Positions 36,134 through 48,011 of a DNA stretch of 64,000 nt are shown here, one piece after another. Both the position numbers and the translations under genes were made by a program. The DNA is from Azolla caroliniana (lineage: Eukaryota > Plantae > Polypodiophyta): assembly GCA_043228905.1 (NCBI GenBank), contig JBHGNT010000017.1, positions 17,732,001-17,796,000 on the forward strand. The letters run 5' to 3'. Numbering within the stretch: position 1 is the stretch's first letter; every line of letters begins with the position of its first letter. Under the pieces are notes generated by a model. The model had not been told where the DNA came from, did no database searches, and saw only the letters and a program-made list of their open reading frames with translations.

Positions 36134-38897
36134 TTAATCTTGTTCCAAAATGGCCCTGATGTTTGGCTCTGCTACGGTGTCCGTGTCCGGGGACAGCGTA
36201 GGACCTATAAGTGCATCGTGGTGTGGTTCCCCTGCTTGTTTAGGAGGGCTTCTCATGGTGTCACGATCGTCTTGTGTGGGTGGTCCGGGTTCTGTAGGCT
36301 CTTCTTGGGCTAGGGGGTTTGGCTCAGCCGTCGGCGGGCTTGTGGTCGGTTGCAGCTCCATTTCGTCCGTCTCTTCCTCCGTGATGTCGGTCGTCGTTGT
36401 ACGCTCTAGGGAGTGGGGTTGCGGTTCCTCTTGGTCCGCAACGTTCTCCGTGCGGTCGGCCGATAGCGTATGCGTCGGTAGATGGGGTTCCTCTTGGGCA
36501 GTGGTTTCGCTGTGCGAGTTCTTCGGAATGTTGGTCCACTAGCGTAGGATAGTCCTGCGCTAGGTCCTCGCGTACTGCCGCAATGCTTTCCTCATTGAGT
36601 TTATAGAAGCCTCGGTCGTCTTTTCTCCGGTTCTCCCAGTCCGCTCGATACGTGTGCAATTCTGTCGCTTGTGCCGCCCATGCCATCCATCCTTTGTCTA
36701 GCGCCGTTTTCAATTGCGCCGTAAACCTCTCCCGATTCGTTTGTAGAAGGATACGCACGTTGTCTGTGATGACCTGGCAACGGTTGCGTGCATCTTCCAA
36801 AAACTTCTTGAGGTTTGCAATTTCTTGTTGAGTAACTGCTGCCGCTTCTTCATACCTGCTCTTCATACCCGCCCATAGTTGGGATTCCTTCGCATGTAGT
36901 TCTTCTAGTTTTCCCATTTCATTGTTGAGGTGGATTTCGAGCTGATGCCTTCTTTCTTGTTTGCCCACCAGCTGCTCGTTGAACCATGCCTTCTTTTTCT
37001 CCAGTAAGGCCCGGAGTCCCGCGATTGCCGCCTCCGATTTTTTTGCTTCCTCCCATAATTGGGCGTTTTCTTCTTCTGTTCGGGTATGCTGTGCTGTCTC
37101 CGCAGTGAGTTTCTCTTCAAGGGTTTTTACTGCTTTTCGGCCGTTTGCCCGGATGTCCTTTTCCCTGTCTGAGGACTGGCGAAGTTCAGTGTGGAGGCGG
37201 TCAATTTTTGATTCCACTAGTTGTACGACCTGTTTTTCTTTTGAGGCAATGGCGGTCTAAGCCTCAATCTCTTCCGTCAAGGCTTTGATGGCGTTGTTTG
37301 GTGGTGGAGCTACCCGTTGCGTCATAGTCGCGTTATTTTCCAACTCTGCGATGCATTCGTTGGCTTTTTGCAGTTCGGCTTGGGTCAGTTTAACCTTCTT
37401 CTAGACATTCTTATTTTTAATGGCCATCTCCTTGGCGCCCATGTTGACCTTTGCCAGTTCCCTATGAACTTCGACTAGGGCCGTGTTTAATGGGGGTAGT
37501 TCCATCCCCATTCGGCGTATACCGGTGTTCCTCCGTCTGTCGACTTCGGCTAACTGGTCCTCATCGTCGCTCTCCGCCGTTTGTGTTAAGGCTCGCTCGA
37601 TCATCTGGCGCTCCGCGTGCTCCTTAGCCATTCGTTGTGAGACCTTTATCTGTTGCGTTGCCAAGAATTCCATGAGCTCAAAAGAGGTTCCGAACTATAA
37701 TAGTGCGCTGAACTCATGGGCCGTGTCCGGGATATCCGGATATGCCAAGACCTCGCTTTCCTCCGTCAATACGGATTTCCCTCGTTGTGACTGGCCCGTA
37801 ATGATTGGCCGTGGCTCCCGGATTATTTCGAAGGTGGTGTTGGGCTCCGTAGCTACAGAGTCGTCGCCTGCGGTCGTTATCTCCGCTGCCGCAAGTACGT
37901 CTTTAACTAATCCTCGCCCATCTTTCCGGTTTAGCCTCCGCCGTTTCAGCCTGGGGTTTTCCTGTCGAGGTTCGACGTCTGGCTCTAGTGCCGCGTCCTC
38001 GGAGCGCGCCGCCTGCTCTTCCGGCATTGTCCGTGTGTCCGACTGGGCGGGTTGGGGTTCATCCTCCCACTCTGTGGTGGCTAACTCCACTAACCTGTGC
38101 TTCGCGGATCGAGGCGGCGGCGTGGGCCTGCTAGGCTGTAGTGCCGACAGGCCTCGGGGTGGGAATAGTACCGTCAGGTACTGTTGTATGATAGGCCTGA
38201 GCTTCTTGCCTCCTTGATACGCGTGCAGGCCTTCCCTTAACGTCGGCCCCGTGATGACCCCCCAATCAACCGTACGCCCTTCAAAGGTATCAATAATGAT
38301 ACTTGCCTTCTGTTGTGGCATCCCATATGCGTTTACATGTACGCATCCGACCTCTACTATGAACTTGGCAACTTCGCGGAAAAAGGGATCCGGGATCTCC
38401 TTCGTTCTATATGCCTTGGCGGAGGATGAATATGGACAGAAATATCTTTGCAACGACTTCATAAGAGGGATTTCGAAATGTCTTTCCCCTAGTGATGACA
38501 GGTCCAACTTTTTCCGGATGGATGAGTTGGTGACCGTGTTGATGTTGAGCTTTCTGGTGATGTCTAATGCATCCAGGTGTGGAGGTGCCTCTACGACCTT
38601 GATGTACCCATCCAGTCGTTTCTCCACGAGCCATCGACGTAAGGCGGTAGAGATAAATATCGGCATAGTTAGAGTAGGCTCGTGGGGGGAAGATTGTTGG
38701 TTGCGGTGGGTTTGAGCTCTGTGATAGGATGGAGGAGAAGGTGAGGGAGGGGAGTAATGAGAGCGCTGAGAGTTAGGAGGTGGATTTCTGTATTGTGTAG
38801 AAGACCTTCTATTTCCTTCTTTTTGTGGCCTAGGGTTCATTGGGCGGTGAGCCATCGTGGTGCCGCGTCTTCTTGGTCTAGAAGTCTGTGCATGCAT
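36134..38897 (-). pseudogene. Extra ORF downstream of pol (globular N-terminal domain plus long coiled coil), interrupted by stops
   Basis: ORFs 37695-38897, 37401-37673 and 36324-37217 share one frame and have the same sense as pol. Confidence 0.75.
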
Positions 38898-39009
38898 TCA
38901 GTCCCTTTTTAATAGTGTCGCTATCTTCTCTGTTTTTTTCTTTTTTTCTTTTTCGTAACAGTTACATACAAGCCTATTTTTACGCTATGCTACAAGTAGG
39001 GCCGTCCAC

Positions 39010-42000
39010 TTACGCCGCAGGTTCTTCGGCTTTGTCCTGTCCGGTGGGGAATGGGTTAGGTGGCGTAGGTCCCAGATAAGGTTTAAGGCGAAACCCATTC
39101 ACCTTTTGTCGTAAGACTTCCCCGGCCAACGTGCCCAGTTGGAACGTGCCTTGTTCCGCTCCTATTATCTAGTATGGGCTTGTCTAGCGGAATCGTAACT
39201 TTCCTGGCATATGGCCCATGCGGGTTTGGAAAACCAGTACTGCTCTACCGACCGCGAAATCCTTTTCCCTTGTGTTCTGATGTCGATCCACAAATGCTTT
39301 ACGCCGTCGTTGTTCCTACTCCAACACAACCATGTTGTGTACGCGTTTTTCGCCGAGTTCGAGTCGTTGGTGGAGCCGTACTTCCTCCGACTTGTCTTCC
39401 GATAGTCGGTCCCGTACCTGAATCCCTAAACTAGGTATCTGAAACTCTACCGGCATAATGTCCTCCAGCCCAAACGCTAGTCGAAACGGTGTTGACTGTA
39501 TGCTTGTTTTGTAGCTAGTTCTATACACCCATAACGCACTATGTAATTTGGTATCCCAGTCCGTTCTATTTTCATTGACGATTTTCTTTAATATGGTTTG
39601 CAATGTCTTGTTGGTGAACTTTGCCAACTCATTCGCCTGTGGATAATATGGCGTACTTTTCTTGTGGACTATGGTGTAATGATGTGTCAGTTCACGAACG
39701 ACCGTATTGAGAAAGTGGCTCCCCTGATCACTGTTAAGCTCAATCGGACAACCGAACCGACACCAGATGTGTTCATAAAGGAATCTCGTTGTGACGGCCG
39801 TCGTATTCTCTCGTAGTGCCTTTGCTTCTACCCACTTGGTGCAATAATCCGTGATACCAATATGTATTTATTGCCCGTACGGGCCGCCACCGGTGTGAAG
39901 GGGCCCACAAAATCTAATCCCCACTTTTGGAAGGGATCTAACAGTAATACGGGTTGGTGTGGCATTCTTGCGCCCTCCGTGGGTAGGCCCATCCGTTGAC
40001 ACAAATCTCACTGTCTGCAATACTCGTATGCGTCCTTCTGTGCAATCGGCCACCATAGGCTTGCTTGCCATATTTTCCGGGCCATAACATCGCTCGCATA
40101 GTGTCCGCTTGTCGTGCCGCAGTGAGCCTCCCGTAAGACCGCTTCTTTCTCATCCTGGCGTACACCGTGTCGCCAAATGCCATCACTACCTTTGTGATAT
40201 AAGATTCCTTCTACCAAGCAGAAGTTACGGCTCAGGACGGCTAATCGTTTCTTCTCGTCCGTACGTAATTGTGGTGGAGGCAGTCCCGTAGTGAAAAAGT
40301 ATGTCATTTCCATGAGCCACCGGTCCGGAAAGGTCGTTTTCGTTCTTCTAGCTAGTGCTGCTACCTGCAGAATGTCTGCGTTCGGAACGTCGTTGTCGTC
40401 CTTCTGCGCCATTTCTCCATTATCGAGTCTGCTCAAAAAATTTGGCATTGTGTGTTGCATACCCGGGCGGTGTTGAATTACAAAATCGAATTCTTGAAGC
40501 AACAACATCCATCGCGCCAATTTCCCCGTCAGTGCTTGTTTCTCCACCAAATACAGCAGTGCCAAATGATCCACGTGGAATGTGAACTTCCTCCCTAGCA
40601 GATAATGCTGGAATTTATTGATGCTATAGATCATCCCCAATGCCTCACGCTCCACTGTTGATAATTTGCGACTAGCGTAGTACACTGGCCAGTACCAATT
40701 CGGTTCGGTGAGCTGCATTAGCGCACTTCCTATTGCTATGTCAGAGGCGCCTCCGAACACGTGGAATGGCTTCGCCCAAACTGGTGACTGTACGACGGTT
40801 GCCTGCGTGAGCATTATCTTGAGCGCATCATAGGCCTTGTCTTCCGTTGCAGTCCATTGGAAGGGAGTCTAATGCACGACGGCATGTAACGGCGTGGCGA
40901 AGTCCGCCAAGTATCGTATCATCCGACTATGCCATCGTATTTGTCCTAAAAACCGACAGAGTGATTTCGCGTTTGTCAGAGTTTTAGCTTGAGTAATCGT
41001 GGAGATTTTGTTCGAATCGACCGTTATCCCTTCCTTGTTGACTATATGGCCTAGGAGAGCTCCGTTGGTAACGCCGAAGGCACATTTTGCGGGATTCAGG
41101 CTTAAGCGTGCGGTGTGGCAACATTCCAGGCACAGTTGCAGATGCGTAAAATGGTCGGTTGTTTTCCCATATATCGCAAAATCGTCGAAAAAAACTTGCA
41201 TGAATGCCTAAATATATTCCCCAAAGATCTTCGTGATTGTCCGTTGAAATGTCGCCGGCGCCATCTTTAGCTCGAACATCGTGAGGACTACCACATAGAC
41301 TCCCCAGTCCGTGACAAATGCTGTCTTCTCTTGGTCATCGGGATGCATGCGTACCTGGTTGTATCCACTGAAGCCATCTAAAAAACTATACATGTCATGC
41401 CCTGCGACGGTGTCCAGTACGTTATCGGTGAATGGTAAAGGGAATGCGTCCGTAATGGTTACGTCGTTTAATTTTCGGTAATCCATGCATACTCGTACTT
41501 GTTTAATTGGCCGTATGAATCCCACCTTTAGAAGTTTGTCAATTTCTTCTTTTACGCGGGTCGCGTAGTTCGGGTTCATGCGGTAGCGACGCTGCTGGAC
41601 CAGTTTTGCGTCGGTTGCTAAATTAATCTTATATTGATAGAACTTCGGATCTAACCCCTTCATGTCCTCGTGAACCCAGGCGAACACATCTTTATATTTC
41701 TTGAGTAGTTCGATCATCGCGTCTCTCTGGTTCGGCCTTAATTCTTTTGTGATGGAGAGGAAACGGGGTTCTGACGCCGTACCCACGTTTACTTCTTCCA
41801 AGGCTGACGTAGTGACTCGTCGTGAAATTTCCATTTCCCTCTCGAATGTTGCCCGTGCTTTGCTTAGTTCTAATATTCACTCTGGGTTTGGTTCGTAAGC
41901 CTCATCGTGGAGAGTAGTGGTCGTGGCATATTCTGTCGCGGTTGCGATGACGTTGATTTCGAATAGCGGAATAATCCGAGGGTTCTCGTCTAGGTATGCC

Positions 42001-44428
42001 TCTAATTCTGTATCATCCACCCCAGCCAACATATTTATATCTTCCGCGTATAATGGTGTTATACCCTTGGATTGTGTCGCCCTTTCCTCCGTTGGTACGC
42101 GAACCTTGGTGCGTCCATGTCCAAAACTGATACACCTATGTTGCCAGCTCTGCTTGATATTCGTTGCACGAAGCCACGGTTTGCTCAGCAGCACAGGGTA
42201 CACCCCTGGGGCGTCCAGGGCGAGGACTATCGCCGAGATGTCGAAGTGATGTCCTCCCACAATAATGCCTACCTTGCGTATTAACCCCAATGGTCGTACT
42301 GAGCGGGTATCTGCCATACGGAGCCAGAACAGGCAAGCCTCCCATTCTGAAATTCCTAACTGCTCGCATGTTTTCGCGCTAATTACATTAACGCCCGAGC
42401 TGCCATCAGTGACGCATCCCGGGATTTCCTAACTGTGTAATATCAACGTAATAGCCAGGTTGTGGTGATCCACTACAAACGGTTTGTCGCTAATGTCCGG
42501 GTATGGCTGTCACCGCTCTTCCACGGTATGGCGGAAGCGTGGGACTAGTTGCAGCAACTTCTTCATTGTTAACATTATCTCGCAGCCTGCCAGTGCTTGC
42601 CAAATGGGGTCCAGGGCCAGTCCTTCGTCCTCCACTAGCTCCATCGTTTTTGCGAATTCCTTCCGCATGCGTTCCGTATTTGTCACATTGGCTTTTTCAA
42701 CCCATGCGTGGGTTGTTCGTCGTATCTCATCTTGCGCGGCCCAATCAGCCGTTTTTGTTTGCTGACGTGTCATGACTTACTACACTTCTATTGTAATCGT
42801 ATTGACGGCGGGCCCCTTGTCCTTGCGTACTGGGCATTGTGTGGCATAATGTCCGGGCTGTTGACAAACAAAACAATGGATGCTAGATTCTCCCTTCTCG
42901 GCCCCGTGTGGTGTGTGCCGACCCCCAGTGCGACGTGCTCCTCATAGTCCGGCTTCGTTTGTCGGAGTGTACGCAGTGGTTGCTGTTGGATGCTAGATTC
43001 TCCCTTCTCGGCCCCGTGTGGTGTGTGCCGACCCCCAGTGCGACGTGCTCCTCATAGTCCGGCTTCGTTTGTCGGAGTGTACGCAGTGGTTGCTGTTGGT
43101 CCCGGCGTAGTTCTTGGTGCCGGTCATCGTCCGAGCTTTCATCATATCGCTGGTGGTCCCGATATTGCCACTACTTTCCACGAGGTCTATTGAAGCCACC
43201 ACGTTTGTTTGTTGGCTGGTGATTCTCATAGCGCCGGCCCCCTTTAGTATATCTGGGGGGACCACGGTAGTCCTCATCCTCTGGCTCGTCTTCCTCAGAA
43301 TCGTTGTGATTCCGGTGATTCCGGTAGTGTTGGTCGTCACATGGGTTGCGATCCATATACCATGGTCGGTCTTCTTGCCTCCTTTGTTCAGTACAACGTG
43401 GGGGACGTTGTGTGTTCATGCTGCGAACTGTGGGAGCGGCTTTGTTCAGCATATTGTATTCGCATTGCTCAACTGTGTGAGCCTTCGAGTGACAGATTGG
43501 GCAGTGGATTCGCATGTTGCACTCCACTATGGAATGCCCCGAATTCAAGAAAATCGTGCACTGGATTGCTTGATGAAAATCTCGTTCTTCGTTCTGAGGT
43601 AACGCTTGTCGTAATGAGGATATAGAAAACCTTTCCTCTTCGTCGTCCAACTCGAGCTGTAATGCTCGTTCGATGACCATATCGGCTGTTTCCCCTTTCA
43701 CACTATTGTTGTTGAGCGTGCTTCGTATAGGTCGGCGTAATGCCGCTAGAAATGTCTCCCGAGCCTAATCCTCCACGGGGCCCCGTTCTAGTTTCCGCCG
43801 TAAATTTTGGAAACGTAAGCTGAAATCCGTGATCGTTGGTCGACAACTGCTTAATTGTGTAGAATTGTCTGAGGATTTCGTGTTGTGGAACCCTCCGATG
43901 GAAGAACCGCAAAAAGGCGGACTACAATTGGTCGAATGTCGTGATTGCTGGCAGATCCATCTGTGAATGCCAAACCACCGCTAGCCCATCCAATGTTAAC
44001 CCGAACTCCATCATTTTGGACTGGTGCGCTACTGCCTCAAAAAGGCTCTGCGCCATGTGGTTTGCATTCCAGACATTGAGGAACAGCCAAATGTGGGTGG
44101 TGGCGTCGGTTTCGCCATTAAAGCGGGGATTGGCAAAGTCCATGTTGGGGGCTACGACGGGTAGGGAAAGACCACAGTGTTGGTGTGGTGGGCAGGCTTC
44201 CTGCGTATCGTCGAGGTATTTGGAGAGCGGGAAATCACATTTGTGGTCTCGATAGGTAGTGTTGAGGTCGCTGAGGCGAGGCTTTTGCTGTGCGCGTTCC
44301 TCTGCCTGGCGTGTGATGGACCTTGTGATTGGCCGGTCTGGTCGTGTTGGTTCTCTGGGGCATCTGCAGCTAAACATCCATTCGTCGTTGTTCGTCTGTG
44401 AGAAAATACAGATCACCAAGTGTGCCAA
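39010..44428 (-). pseudogene. gag-pol (gag-PR-RT-RH-INT) of the Athila/Tat-like element
   Basis: Fragments 43922-44428, 43171-43701, 41877-42317, 41208-41834, 40869-41201, 40008-40814 and 39316-39627 carry the expected motifs. Confidence 0.88.
42877..43099. repeat. Perfect 110-bp tandem duplication in gag
   Basis: 42877-42986 equals 42987-43096 with TGG at the junction; single-copy in the paralogous gag at about 34190-34305. Confidence 0.9.
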
Positions 44429-44885
44429 AAGTGTTATGGACTAGGAACACGGTCTACGGTCAATCCTTCGACCTAGACCTCCAAGTGACTGTGTGACACC
44501 GAATGGTAGCGTCTGTGCGTAATACTTAGTGGGATATTCCCTGTACCCTAGCAGCGTATAAGGGAGACGACTACAACCGAGCTCCTTTGACAATGGGCTA
44601 GCGCACACACCATTACTTACTTCTACGCTCTCAAGTGTTACAGAGACACAATAGATTAGCCGTAGCTACACACAGATATCAGAGAAGATAGAACTCTATT
44701 ACAATACGCCTCTTACATTCAAAATTACACGCTACCTCTATCAGAGGTTTTTTTCCCTTTATATACGCAGGGTCTTTTAGCTGTTCACGCTTCCCTCGTG
44801 AACCATTACATGCGTTACAAGATTATACTATTCCATTTTCTTGCGCTCTTGTCCGTCGGTTACTATTCCGATGGACAATAGAGGG

Positions 44886-47800
44886 AAGCTGATGACGATC
44901 CATATAAGTCTTTTGTGTGTGTTGAGCATGACGAAGATGAGTAGAGAGATCCATCTGGATCTTGCGTAGCCTCTCCAAATGATCCTCGGCACGAGGATTG
45001 GCAGGTAGCTCCGGGGTGTCGATCACCGACCGGAGAGGATGAGAACCGGTGTAAGCGTAAAATGGGGAGACTCGAGTCGAGGAGTGAACAACATTATTAT
45101 ATGCAAACTCTGCAAAGTGGAGAATCTCGGCCCAATCATCCTGTTGATAACTTAGAAAACACCAGAGATATTGTTTGAATGTTTGGTTTGTTCGTTCCGC
45201 CTGCCCATCGGTCTAGGTATGGTAGCCAGAGGAGAGGTTGCAAGAGATCTTGAGCATCTTGAAGAGATGCTGCCAAAATTTGGAGACGAATTGAGGTCCT
45301 GATGCCGAAATACCTCATGCATGACAAGGGTGGCGGTTTTCTCGCTAGTGATGGCCTTAGTACACGACACAAAATGTGCCATCTTGGTATATCGATCGAA
45401 GACGATTAAGAATCGAACCCCTTCGAGACCGGTCGATTTGTGATAAAATCAAGACAAATAGATTGCCATGGCTTACTTGGAATCGGTAAGGGTTCCAACA
45501 AGCCATATGGATGGTGTCGGGGCATCTTTGCTCAGCAGCAAGCATCACAAGTCCGAACATAGTCGTCAACAAAACGTCGCATATGGGGCCACCAAAAAGA
45601 TCGTTGAACGATATCCAACGTCTTAGTACTACCGAAATGTCCCGCCGTATGGGTGTCGTGGCAATTTTGGATGATTTGAAGGCGACAGGAGCAATCAGGG
45701 ACATATACAAGCTTTTTAAAGAATAACAAACTATCATGATATTCGAATTGTCGGTAGTCCATACCTGGTTGTTGAGATTGGGAACAAGATGCCTGAGAGG
45801 TATCAATGTGCACCAGAATGTCTTGAGCAAAACTGTCTATCTTCAAGTTCACACATATGGCATCGGTAATCCAGGAATCCATTATGGTGTGAAAAATTCA
45901 CGTTGTGTGCAATCGTGTTGGTCCCTAGATTACTTGCTTTTGATTATCAAACGCGTGATCACCAGGACGAGGTGCAAGATATGAACACCGTGATAGCGCA
46001 TCTGCTTTTCCTTGCTGCTTCCTCAGTCGATATGTGATTTTGAAGTCAAAACGCGTGAGGAATTGAGCCCACCGAGCTTGCCGTCGATTTAGCACCCGAG
46101 CGTTCTGGAAATAAGCAAGGTTTTTGTGATCATTAAAGACGATCACCTGATTGGAAAGCCCTCTAAGAAATGCCGCCATTGCACAAAGGAATCCATGATG
46201 GCTAATAACTCCTTGTCACATATTTCGTAGTTGATTTTCGCGGCATCGAATTTGCGCGAATGGAAAGCCACAGGATGTAACTCTTCTTTATCTCTTTGTT
46301 GAGAAAGGATGCTACCGAGGGCGAAATCCAATGCGTCGGCCTCCATCATGAATGGTTTCTTTGTATCCACATGAGCTAGAATAGGAGCTGATGTAAAGGC
46401 TTTCTTAAGATGCTAAAAAGCCATGTCCGCTTCATTGAACCAAAGAAATGCTTGTCCCTTCTTTGTAAGTTGTGTGAGAGGTAAAATAATCTTCGAGTAA
46501 TCTTGTATAAACTTGCGGTAGAAGTTAGCAAAACCTAGAAAAAATTGTACATCTCATACCGACCGTGGAATTTGCCACTCTAGCACGGTTTGGACTTTAG
46601 CTGGATCCATGGAGATGCCCTTTGAGGAGATGACATAGCCTAGACATTCCACTTGCTTGCAGTCAAAGCTACATTTTTCTAGCTTGGCATAAAGATCATT
46701 CTCGCGGAGTCTTTTTAGTACTAATAGTACACGAGAATTGTGCTCTTCTTGGGTCTTTGATTAAATCAATAGATCATCCAGATAGATGATCAAACAGATA
46801 TCCTAGAGGTCTCTGAATATATCATTTGCCATGTGTTGGAAGACTGCGGGTGCATTGGTTAACCAAACGGCATAACTGTATATTCGAAATGCCCATACCG
46901 TGCGCGAAAGGCGGTCTTCCATTCATCTCCCGTTCGGATCCGCACGAGGTTATACACTCCTCGTAGATCCATTTTTGTAAAAAACTCGGCACCATTAACT
47001 CTCTCTAAAAGACTTGATATAAGAGGAAGTGCATACCTATTCCGGATGGTGACTTTATTTAAGCCGCGGTAATCAATGACGAGACGAAGTGAGCCATCTT
47101 TCTTCTTGACAAAGAAGATGGGTGCACCGGCCGGAGATTTCGAATGACGAATAAACCCGCTTGCCAAGTTCTCCTCTATGTAGGCTCGAAGGACTTCTAA
47201 CTCGGTGGGGGACAAGTTGTAAATTGGTCCCCATGGTGGCTCTGCTCTCAGTTGTAGGTCAATGGGACAATCATAGGGATGATGATGAGGAAGAGTATCG
47301 GCTTTTACCTTGTCAAATACATTGGCATAAGGATGATATTTCGCCGGAAGTTGTACTAAGGATTCCTCCTTAATAGTGCTGGAAGGATGTACTGATATTG
47401 CAAATAGGAACATTGCCTCCTTGTGTCCTTCTTTGCGTAATTGACGTAGTGAAATGGTCGAAACTCGATGAGTAGATTCTTGGGGTTGTCGATGTCGGAC
47501 TTCTCTTGTTCTCCAATCTATGTTTGGATTATGTAGTTCAAACCAAGGTAATCCCAGGACAATGGGATGCTCTAGACTACTAATTATATTAAATTCTACT
47601 ACACACACAAAACTACCTAAGACAACTTGAATGAGTTCTGACTCTTCTACAATATTCCCGGAAGCAATGGGACGACCATCAATGACTACTACAAATGCGG
47701 GGCAAGGAAGTTTTCTTAAGGATATCTGAGAAGCTTGGGCAAAATTTCGATCCATGAAACAGGAATTAGCTCTAGAATCTAGAAGTGCTAGGACATGTAC

Positions 47801-48011
47801 TGGGGGAGTACTTTTAGTACTAACCATGACTTGGGCTAGGAACACATTGCTAACTTGCTTGGAGGGAATGGAACCACTAATGGGATGTACAGATCTAGGG
47901 TTGTCCAACCAAACGGCTCCTATTTTGGCTCGACTCAATTGTTTAACTCTTCAACTAATTGACTAAGGATTTCAAATTTGTTTGAGATACTTGGGCTATT
48001 AGTACTATTAA
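44886..48011 (-). pseudogene. pol (PR-RT-RH-INT) of chromovirus 1
   Basis: [69 protein letters not shown]. Confidence 0.9.

Larger units (their letters stand above)
33519..44880 (-). mobile_element. Non-chromovirus (Athila/Tat-like) gypsy complex with three 449-bp LTRs
   Basis: LTRs at 33519-33967, 35639-36087 and 44432-44880; TSD GAGGG at 33514-33518 and 44881-44885; PBS TGGCACAC(C/T)TGGTG at 35621-35634 and 44414-44427; RT motifs SFLDGFSGYNQ and VFFDDF; no chromodomain. Confidence 0.9.

Noticed and set aside
37483-38715. Long + strand ORFs (244 and 154 aa) as antisense genes
   Set aside because: They are shadow frames of the GC-rich minus-strand accessory ORF with no independent motifs.
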